64,000 nucleotides of DNA from Raja brachyura. Lineage: Eukaryota. Position numbers and translations under genes: made by a program. A model generated the notes under the pieces. It saw only the letters and a list, made by a program, of their open reading frames with translations. It was not told the origin of the DNA and made no database searches. The stretch spans positions 26,970,001 through 27,034,000 of the forward strand of contig OY740809.1 in the NCBI GenBank assembly GCA_963514005.1, given 5' to 3'. Positions 53,569-64,000 of the stretch are shown here, in pieces (positions within the stretch are counted from its first letter, which is position 1; each line of letters begins with the position of its first letter).

Positions 53569-53960
53569 CAGTGAAACTTCAATAATCCAGCATTCAATTA
53601 TCAGGCAATCCTGATTGTCTAGTATCTGGCTCACTATGTGAGCTGTAGTCCAGAGGGCAAGCCTGGGTTAAGGGGCAAAAATTGGGGTCCTGACTGCAGA
53701 TGGAATTAAGATACGGTTCTAGAACACTAGGGATTAGGAATGCAAGTCAGATTGCAGCCACAGCACCTATAGAACGTATGTATGTTTTCCACTCCCTCAA
53801 GACTCAACAGGTTTACTGGAAAGTTTATAGACGACCACGTTTTTAAAAAAGATCAATTAAAATTTGCTTGGAATTTAATGGCAACTGTCAATCATCCCCC
53901 CCAAAATCTGCTTATCCAGTACTGCAAAAGATCCAAGTGTACTGGATTATCAGATTTTTT
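53569..53960. mobile_element. Degenerate pogo/Tigger-like MITE
   Basis: TA|CAGTGAAACTTCAATAATCCAG at left, CTGGATTATCAGATTTT at right; repeated ATAATCCAG-like subterminal motifs. Confidence 0.5.
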
Positions 53961-54097
53961 TTAACACACATGAAAACTAATGCTACTTATCGGTCCAATT
54001 TTTGGAGGTTTCCCAATTTAATGTATGCAATATAACAACCAACTCTGGCAACACTTAATTTACCTGTGAAATTACTTTAAAGTCCATACAACCTTCT

Positions 54098-55225
54098 ACC
54101 GTGCCCACAGCCCCAGTATGAGAAAGTTTCCAGACTACGTGGAAAGCAGTTGCAATTGCAGACAAATGTGTAAAGTGCATCCAATGTACGAGTAGAATTG
54201 GTCAAGACTGCTGGGTTCTCAATTAAATTAAAAAGTACTACAATTACCAAATACATATGAAATGCTTTTCACTTTACTGGTCACATTCAACCTCCGACTA
54301 CATGAACAGAATTCCTCCACCATTAACGTCAAATCCATTCCATTAGGAAACTGGTGTAAAATGGTCCCTTTTCAAGAATTAAAAGCAATTTGCCTTTCTG
54401 AAAAGCCTTTGGGGAAGACATCACAAAGATCAAAATAGCTTAAAATCTGAAGTGAAACTATCAATATTACTCATCTTACAGTTAAAATTGACCAGATAGC
54501 ATTTGATGACAGAGCAAATTACAAACCGTGAGAATAACAGCCACTTGTAAACATATGCTTCTGCCAAATTCCCCTACTGGCACAGCTGATCATGCTCTCA
54601 CCGTGATCCCAACAAAAATACAGTAGGGAAAAGAAAATGTGTCTGTGCTCAAGAAACGTACTATTTATTCCAGTCACAGGACAAATATTAAACATTCAGA
54701 CTATTATGTAGGTACCCGAAGGTAACCAGTCAATAGAAGAAATCTCATCTCAACATCACTCTTTTTACATGAATATCCGAGTGATTCTCTAACCACTGCT
54801 AGTAATCTATGCATCAACCTTAAGAAAAACGTACCGGCTCCTGGTTAGTTATTCTAGTGCATATAAACAAGGTATCAGCAACAATAGGAAAGGCAGACAC
54901 TTTCAGAGCAAAACACAAAGAGCTGAAGTCTGAAGGGTCCCGACCCAAAATGCAGACTGACTGTCCATTTCACTCCACAAATGCTGCCTGACTCGCTGAG
55001 TTGCTCCACCTCTGTGTTTTGCTAGTACCAATAACATGCACTAACATATAGACAAATGGCACTTTAAATATTCCAATGTCCTTAAGCAGCAAGCACTATT
55101 AAATAGAAATGAGTAAATCAAAAGAAATAGTACAGAGATAACAAAAAGAGTCAGATTTTGTATGCAATTGCAACTGCTTTCCACGTAGTCTGGAAACTTT
55201 CTCATACTGGGGCTGTGGGCACGGT
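54098..55225. repeat. Perfect 63-bp inverted repeat pair ~1 kb apart (54098-54160 and 55163-55225)
   Basis: ACCGTGCCCACAGCCCCAGTATGAGAAAGTTTCCAGACTACGTGGAAAGCAGTTGCAATTGCA and its exact reverse complement. Confidence 0.9.
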
Positions 55226-56019
55226 GGGAGAGAGGTAGAAAAGCATAATGGATCAGGATGGGGATTTGAGAGCTCTTTGCCTGAGCAGCCAAGGACAGTC
55301 ACAGAACTGGCAACATCAAGGAGCAATCTGAAACTGAGATTTGAAGTACATATCACGAAAAAGAGTGATGGTTGAATTAAATAGCGATTGAATATGGGAA
55401 GTAGATCTTGGGACAAGCTATTTGCAGGAGGCTACCGGGATGAGTGGTGGTGGCGGCAGCAGGGTCCTAGGATGCGCGCCGGCAGAAGGCACCTGGCATG
55501 AGCCACGGAGCTGAACGGGCGGACGCCGAAAACCAAGACGGACCCGGCGGACCACCCCCCGCGGCAGCAGTTCTGGTTAGACTAACTGTGCCAAATCTTT
55601 ATTGCCAATTGATAGAATATTTTGCTGGATTTAAAATGAAATATTGAAACTTGTTATTTCATGTACTTTTTCAAAAGTGTAGATACATAAATGACTCGAG
55701 TACAATTCACACAATAATTGAAATCTGTTTAACCTGATGTGCAGACATCGGGCATTTACTTACTTGCTAAATCGGTCTATAAAATGTGTGGTCATTAACT
55801 TTGTAAATTAAGAAATGACAGACTAATAAGCTACTGTGAGATATGCATACCAAGCTGTAAGACAACACTTCTGTAAGTTCGTGTAAGTTCATGTTCTGTT
55901 TGGCATCACCAGAAACCTAGCATGGTCTTTCACACTGATGTGATGATCAAAAAAGTGCATTAATGCATTTACATTCTTAGGCAGCTGAGAAGATTAGGTA
56001 ACGACCACGATGATTCTTT

Positions 56020-56330
56020 CAAAGTTCTACAAATGCACTATAGAGGGTATTCTGGCAGGATACATCTCAGCCTGTTCTGCTCTTGACGTATGAATCGGCA
56101 GAGTGGTGAACGCAGTGCAGTCCATCAGACTCTTGTCACTTCCTTCCATTCAGCCCATCTTCCCAGTAAATTGCATCAGGAAGACTGCAAATATCATCAA
56201 GGATTCCTGCAACCCTCGCTATTCCCTCTCTTCTACTTTCTGGGAGAAGATACAGAAGGTTGATATTTGTTGTTAATATTTCAAATGTCAATATTTAACA
56301 TCTTCTTCCACTCCAAAATCAGACCACGGA
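56020..56330 (+). mobile_element. Rex1/Babar-like LINE 3' region; probable tail resumes at ~57440-57640 after the DNA transposon
   Basis: Decayed IEGILAG.I.A, ANIIKDS..P..SL and SGRRYR motifs; tail GAATTTCATTGTACC...TACATGACAATAAAC. Confidence 0.6.
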
Positions 56331-56396
56331 ATCAATTAGGTCTTTTAACACCCCTTTCCCAGAGATGCTGCCACATTCTCCATCATTACCTCATTC

Positions 56397-57432
56397 TAGC
56401 AATGTTACAACATTTTGAGATTTTAAAAATCAAGTCTGCAATTTATCCCATCAGATAAAGCATAAAAAGAAGTTTAATTTGACACCTAATTTACTTTCAT
56501 ATCTTCAGTATTAAGAAAGTTATGGCCATTTTCATACTCGGAAATGAGCATCTTGCTTCCCATTGCCTTTCAATTGACTTAACTCAAAAGCTGTGATCTG
56601 GAAAAGTTAAATGTCCATAACATTCTTAAAAATTAAGAGAACTCAATGAAATTTTCAGTTATTATAGATTGAAGCATTCTGAAACAAATATTAAACAATC
56701 TTACTTGGATGACCTGAAATTAAAGCATATAATTAGTTAGTTATCTAATTGTAGCTAATTACAAAATTCAATGAGTAGATCTAAACATCTATCAATTTCT
56801 TAAGAAAAGATAAACTTTTTTAAAATTGCCTAAGTGTCCAAATAACATTCACACAATAATCCACAATATAACATAATTTTTTAATCTAATTTTCATGAAT
56901 TTCTGGGCCAAATGGAAGGATTTTAGTGTTTTATGCCTGTAAATTAATGGCCATTTAAATCAACTAGCGAGTGGGTTTTAGCGGAATGCGGTGGATTGGA
57001 ACGTTGCGGTTAGCAGTGAAGTCGGGGGGGAAAAATACTGGGGGTTCATACATTTTTTGGGGAACCCATTTCGCAACATTAAAATATTATTAATGCCTCC
57101 CGAAAAACCAACTTTTAATATAAAAATAAAGTATTTACCTTTTTTTCTTCCCTACGCAAAATGCTTCCGGTTGTCTGCGGTCACGGCTTTTGAAGGTGAT
57201 TTTTAAATTACTCTAGTTAATAAATAATTTAGAGTAATTTAAAAATACCACCATTGATGAAATGTCGGAGCGATTTTTCTTCAGCAACCAAATCGCCCGA
57301 CATTCATCAATTTGTCCTGCCTGTGGAAAAACGGCACTTTAAGCCCGCCCCCCTCTGCAAGGCGCGAAAGTCGCGCACACGGGGAGCGGCAGAAGTGCAG
57401 CGCCGGTAAAGGTAAGTTTTGTAACATACCTA
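56397..57432. mobile_element. Non-autonomous DNA transposon (~1.04 kb), superfamily uncertain
   Basis: TIRs TAGCAATGTTACAA / TTGTAACATACCTA (12 of 14 match); flanking direct repeat CTCATTC(T) starting at 56390 and 57433. Confidence 0.8.
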
Positions 57433-59534
57433 CTCATTCTGTTATTATTCCACAATGTGCCATTTTTTGGCACTTCATGCTGCATCATAATTTTTTGCTC
57501 CCTTCTGCTATATTATATTAATCATTAAATCTATTAGTGTTTGTCATAATCACCAAAACGGTGTATTCCATGAACTTCACACAAACAAGGAATTTCATTG
57601 TACCCTGATGTACATGACAATAAACAAATCTGAATCTAAATTCACAAACTGACCCCTGTCTTGTTTAACTCCGAGGGTTTATTAAATTGTAAGCCGGCTT
57701 TTGTTTTTACAAAGTTTGTCAATTTATGTTGGGCAATTGTGATCCAAAACAACAGGCGTAAGAACACAAATATTGAAGCCTTCTGAAAATGGAGGTACTA
57801 AAATCAGCATATATTACACAAATTTGGTCACGGTTAGGAGATCCTTTAAGACCAGTACTTTAGAGCAGAAAACATTGCCAAGCAATAATAGTAAAATAAT
57901 AAATAATATGCAATTGATGCAAATATGTAGGGTTTTTTTTAATTAATTCAGGTAGTATTTCAATACAAAGCCATTTAATAACAGAAGAATTTAGAATTTT
58001 TGCCATAAATGTTATTGGAAAAATAACCAAAACAAATCACACTTATCAATATTTAACAGTGGTGCAAAGTAGTGGTCAAAGCGTCATACTGCATGGAAAC
58101 AGGCCACTCGGCCCAGCTTGCCTATGCTGATCAAGGTGTCCCATCTACACAAGTCCCACCTCCCCACGTTTGGACCATATCAACAAAAAACTAGGAAGAC
58201 AAATAACTGGATAAATATATAAGAAATGGAAACTGTAAAGGAGTAGAAAGATTTGGGTAAATGAGTCGAGAATCAAAGAAACTTGAAACGAAATAATTTC
58301 AAGGTAAAATGACCAAAATGGTGAAAGTTATTAAAACCTAATTGCCTTTTCATAAAACCTGCTATATTCTTAATATAATGCTGAAATCCAGTAAAATATA
58401 TAATGAATCCCCTCACCATTTTGCCTCAGTGAAACACTCAGTTACCAAATGCATATCACAGGTTTCATATAATGCAAGCCAATCTAGCTCTGTGTTTCCT
58501 TTTTGTGAACCTACTTCAAAATACCAGTACCTCTGCAACTAGGCGAGTATTAGTAAATGTTGAGGACATTCAATTCTTTGTAGTGTTTAAAATCAGCATT
58601 CTTAGACCAAGGGTGTGACCTCTGCCCTCCGTTGGATTCCGTTGTCTTTCATCCTAAGAGAGGATTAAATCGACACTATTACATGAAACGTCACATCCAC
58701 TCTTACAGATGAAGCAAATGTTCAAGAATTCAGTTAAAAACTCACTAAACTATGAAGTGATCTTGCAAAGCTTACACCCTTCTTGCGATACCTCATGCCA
58801 AGCTAGGTTCAACTCTGGGAATAATGGTTCCAACATGCTATTTATAAATCATTTTAAATTGAGGGCACTCTGCCTAAAAACTAAAACCTCACAGCTGTGC
58901 ACTGTTTGAATTGTTGCCAAGTAAATTTTTCATCAGTCTTGGCAATGAATGAATGACACTCAGTAAAAAGGCAGGAGCGTTTTGTGATGATATGACGTCA
59001 AGTTAGGGGGGTGGGGTGGGATATACTAAACACTGGATTGAACTGGAGTTCGGATTCATTCACTTCCGTGCAGCATGGTTTGTGAATACCAGGAGATAAA
59101 CCTCCTTTTCCTCTTTCTTGTAGCATTTCCATTGAACAGCACATGGCTAATCTGCATAAACCAAGGACACACCACTCCATGTCTAAGGGGTTAGCTTCAG
59201 GGGCTGACTGCCTAGAAGCACTTGGATTCCTGCCTGATGACTGATAATGACGAGTCAACAGATGGCTTGGGGTTGCTAATAAACAACAAGTCACGTGAGT
59301 TGCCACATGGGAAAAGAAGCCAAGCCAATTGTTTAAAAAAAACAGCAGCTTCTGTTACATCAACCTTCTATTCGTCACTACTAATCAGCCTCTGCATGAA
59401 CAAATCAAAAAGTTGACACAGAAACCGTAACAACTCCAATTTGAAATCGACCTGGATCAATACGCACATCAGGATACATTGCATTTAAATAATTACATTT
59501 ACGTGCCTTACAACACACAAAAGCAGTGTTTCAA

Positions 59535-60200
59535 GTCATAGCGTCAAACAACGTGGAAACAGGCCCACGCCGAACAACATGTCCCATCTACACTAGTCCC
59601 ACCTGCCTGCGTTTTGCTCGCATCCCTCTCAACCTATCCTAGCCATGTACCTGTCTAAATGCTTCTTAAACGTTACGATAGTTGCCTCAGCTACCTCCTC
59701 TGGCAGCTCGTTTCATATACCCACCCGCATTTATGTAAAAATGTTACCGCTCAGGTTCCTATTAAATCTTTCCCCCCTCACCTTACACCTACGTCCTCTG
59801 GCTCTCGATTCCCCTACTCTGGGCAAGAGACTCCGTACTTATACCTGATCTATTCGTCTCACAATTTTGCACACTTCCATAAGTCCAGCCCTCGTCCTCT
59901 TGCACTCCAAGGAATAGAGTCCTTGCCTGCTCAACTACTCCCTAAAGCTCACAATGAATGTGGCCTCACCAACATCTATATATCTACAACATGACCTCCC
60001 AACTTCTGTACTCAATCCTCTGATGAAGACCAAAATATTGAAGGCCTTTATGACTACCAGCTACGCCACTTTCAAGGAACTATGTACCTGCATTCCCAGA
60101 TCTCTCTGCTCTACAACATTCCTCAGAGCCCTACCATTCACTGTAGGTACTGCCAATGTTGGACCTCCCAAAATGCAATACCTCTTTTCTCTGTATTAAA
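59535..60200 (-). mobile_element. CR1 LINE 3' fragment
   Basis: Reverse-complement CR1 tail (GGAAACAGGCCC...CATGTACCTGTCTAAATGCTTCTTAAAC...GGCAGCTCGTTTCA). Confidence 0.85.
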
Positions 60201-60217
60201 TCCCAGTATGGAATCCA

Positions 60218-60822
60218 GTATGGCATGTGCTATGCTTGCTTTTGTCAGTCAAGGCATTGAGTACAACTCAGGCAATCATGTTGCAGCATTATAAAACTTT
60301 GGTTTGGCCGCCTTTGGAGTATCGTGCATAGTTCTAGTCACCCCATTACAGGAAGGACGAGGAGACTATGGAGAGAGTGCAGAAGAGGTTTACCAAAATG
60401 TTACCTGACTTAGTCGGCTATTTCTTAGTAGGATAGATTGGACAAAGTTGGATATTTTCTCTGGAGCACCAGAGATTGAGTGGAGTTCCGATATAACTAT
60501 AGACAAATATGAAATGAATAGATAGGGTAGATGGTTACAATCCCTTTCCTACAACGGAAATATAAAAAAATGAGGGGGCACGACTTTAAAGTCAAAGAGA
60601 GAAGCTTAAAGGAGATGTACAAGGCAAGTTTTTTTCTTTGACACCGAGAATTAAGGCATGGCACTGGCTTCCAGGGGTGTGGTGGAAGCAGATATGGTAG
60701 TGGCATTTAAAAGACTTTAGATAGGCACATGGGTATGCAGGGAATAGGGCATGGATCATGTGCATGGCATGATATTCAGCACAAACATTGCGGGCTGAAG
60801 GGTCTATTCCCCGTACTATTGT
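60218..60822 (+). mobile_element. CR1 LINE 3' fragment, 5'-to-5' with the previous copy
   Basis: ATGCTTGCTTTT...GGCATTGAGTAC...TTGGAGTATCGTG...CCCCATTACAGGAAGGA...GGGCTGAAGGGTCT. Confidence 0.85.
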
Positions 60823-61839
60823 ATGAACCGTATGCCCCTAAAGTCGGCAGGTTAAATATGATAGCAATATAAAATAACATTGAAATATTTGTATGATCTG
60901 TGCATTCCAGTCATGGGCACTGTACATATACTTAATCCATGGTCTCAGCATTCCACAGTTTGCTATTATGCAGGGAATGTTTTGCCTGTGTTTGGATCGG
61001 ATCCACGTAGTATTTCCACCTTATTCACCCCAAGCCCTTCAATAGTACAGACACCTGTCCTTGATACGAAGCCACTTCCGCAAGAAATACTACTACCATC
61101 TTATAGAAACATAACTAAAACTGTTATTCCCATCTATACACATCGCAAAGGAAGCAACTGAACTACAAATAACCCTATATACACACACTAACTAACAATG
61201 ATGTTTCTCAGAACAATTACACTATGCCATATTCCCAGTGCTTGAAAAATAACTCGTCATGCAAGGATATCTGCTGGATAGCACACAACAGAAACAAGGG
61301 CAACACCTCTAAATTTGTAAATGACAACAATTTGTGGCATTGTAAGCTACGCATTAAGGAGGGTAGAGTTAAACATTAGCGCACTAACAACATAAGCTCG
61401 ATAGCGGCATTTTGGACCAGAAGAGTTTATTTGAATGGTGAAAAACTAGAACCAGTTCAGATCTATGAATCGAGGGTTAATCTACAGAGCCCAATGTAAT
61501 GGACAGTCACAAACAACCTCTACTGATTAATAGAACAGTCCTCAACTTTTAGTTAAAAAAAAGAAAATGTTTTGCTGCATTCCGCGTTGTCACACACATA
61601 CTCACCTGTCGACCTGGTTTTCTTCTCCCTTTGTTCACACCTCCAACCCATATCTCCCCCACCTATCACTACCAGCCTCTGACATATTCCCCTTCCCCAT
61701 CTAGCTCCACCTGCACATCATTAAAAATCAATCATAAATAGATAATTGTTCCCACACATATCGCAACGCATTACACACAAATCTCTACAAACAGTAAAGA
61801 AAAGGTACCAATTCCTCCAGGGTGTTATATTTCACTCCA

Positions 61840-62560
61840 TTTGACTACCATCCACTCATTCCCTGTGCAACTGCAAAATAAGCTTATCTGTCTTTCCCAT
61901 TGTCCAGAACTTAAAAGCATTCTGGGTGAAGCAGTAATTTAGTTGCCCAGTCTTGCAACTTGCTAAAACTTGCAAACCAAATGCAGTTTTTGTGGCTGCT
62001 TTGCAGAACTACAATTCATTCCACAAGCATCATACCAAGTTGACACGTGTCCAGTCCTTTAATGATCCATGTCATATCCATTCAGACCTCTTATCAAACT
62101 TCCAAATGATTCCAGCAAAGCTCAACATAAACTCAAAGAGCAACACATCTAGCACTGATGTTCAATTACAAATTTGTTTTTCTCATCTTCAATATTCCAT
62201 GTTTTTACATTTTCTTCTGCCACTTTTACAAATAGTTGTCTTCCAACTTCATGCGAGCTGACTTTAAAAAAAAACATACCAATTCCTCTTTAGATTACTT
62301 AAAATGATAAAGATATTTCAAAAACATCTCAGATTTTTATTCTGAGTTTCAAGCTCCCACAATCTTCCACGCGAGTCCAAATATTTACATAATAATAAAA
62401 GCTGCAGAAAAGCAAGAAATACTAGAGTCCCGTTACAGGGTCTCAACCCAAAATGCCATCACGTCCTTTTTGTCTCCACAGACGCAATTTGACCAGCAAC
62501 ATTCCTCATTCCTCCAGCAACACTTTTTAATCCAGATTCCAGCATATGCAGTCTTTCATT
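61840..62560 (+). mobile_element. Highly decayed PLE remnant(s)
   Basis: KAQHKLKEQHI-encoding stretch near 62117-62150 resembles EAQHKLEEQHL in the 28.4-kb copy; GGGTCTCAACCCAAAATG at ~62438. Boundaries approximate. Confidence 0.45.
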
Positions 62561-64000
62561 TTTCCTTCTCAACAAAAGAGTAGTCATTACAGAAGTCAGA
62601 GTGAGTGTGAACAATGTTGCTGCAGTCAGTATTTCAGCTGGAGCATAATGTAAAGTTCCATCTGAAGGCACCAATATTTAAATGTCCAAATGAGAAATCG
62701 TTGCGTGCATGGGTGTAATACCAAATATAGTGCAGCATCATATTCTGCCTGCAGTACATCCAGTAAATACATCATACTCCGTGCTATAACACACCAATTT
62801 AATCAAAACATGAATCATTGCTGTACAACTTGCAGTCCAATGGTGAATTTAAGAAAGCTCATTTAAAGGTGTGGAAAATCCCTCAAACAGTAGGGTAGTC
62901 AAAGAAAGAATTCCATCCACATTTTTACAAGGAAGCATGTTGCACTCCCTCATCAATTAAGGATAAGAGGGTATAAATCAAATAGTTACACATAAGTGCG
63001 CAATATCCACATCTGGATATTCTTTGTCCATTGCTGGTTCTTGTCAAGCATTGCAGATTGCAGCAACATTCCACGTAAAAAAAAAATCTAAGCTTACATT
63101 TCATTCCTTTGGTCATAATCTTTAAATTGTGATAAATTATGTTACCAACTAAATCATTTGCTGAGATTATTGTCCCCAAATTTCTCATTAAAACCCATTT
63201 AAACATCAAACAACACTTGATCTACTCAACCTTTAAAAAAATCTATTGCAGAATCCCAATTTCTGTAAATATCCTGCAAGACGCCTACATCTTAGGTAAT
63301 GCTAGCACAAATTATGGCCTTGACAACCATCAAGTCAGTCGCCCAAAAAAAAATGTACCAAGAAAATTAATGTTCATACGATAATTATGACTATTAGTCA
63401 GAACTAACAGCCCCACAATATCCTAAAGAAAATTTCAAAGCAGCAACCATCGTTTGGAAAAAGACACGTTAATATCTTGCACTCAAAGCAATCTGAATAA
63501 CTATTTCATTGATTTATCCCAATTTCCAGCCAGAGTATCTGTCACCGACCTTCAACAAAAGACGGGGATGTTTAAACACATATGAGCAAGATTCAGGAAG
63601 GATCAGTGAATGGACTCTGCAATGAAATGGCTTTGCAGGCCTAGAGGAATTACTGGCTGGGGGAAAAATATTACATTGTTCAGAAGAAACACATCCTATC
63701 CCTTAGATATTGAACATCAAATGACCAATCCAGCCAGTGGAACTAACCAGTCATTACAAAAACTCATTTTAAGAGGCTGAAAATAACAGCCAATACTATT
63801 AGGATGTTTCATGATAGAAATTCTATTATTGCGCATCAACACTGGACAGACCACTCATTGTAGAGAAGTCATGACCATCATACTTACAGCACGGATTCCC
63901 TTATCACAGCTAGCCAATACAAGCATATTGAAAACAACAGTACAGTTCACTAATGCATTAAACTGTTTGCATAAATGTAAACATTCTCAAACTTAAAACC

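Overview
Vertebrate genomic DNA, most likely a cartilaginous fish (skate/ray), judged from HE1-like V-SINEs, CR1/HER-type LINE tails and Penelope-type repeats. The whole window lies inside one minus-strand gene, ARID1A (BAF250A, SWI/SNF cBAF subunit). I mapped 18 internal coding exons (human exons 2-19 equivalents), all GT-AG and phase-compatible, joining into a 3483-nt (1161-codon) reading frame that includes the ARID domain. Exon 1 lies beyond the right end and exon 20 beyond the left end. The introns hold CR1 and Rex-like LINE pieces, SINEs, a Tc1 end, MITEs, two non-autonomous DNA transposons, a poly(A) retro-insert and a ~200-nt assembly gap. The most notable non-genic signal is a family of ~200-bp fold-back insertions derived from Penelope-like element (PLE) terminal repeats. 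Several have 14-15-bp target-site duplications, and the family carries a minimal hammerhead-ribozyme motif (CUGAAGA-A-stem II-GAAACGUC). A GIY-YIG-encoding parent fragment sits at 28.3-28.9 kb. Most ORFs in the supplied track are spurious. Comparisons with human ARID1A/ARID1B and repeat family names come from recall, not from a database search.
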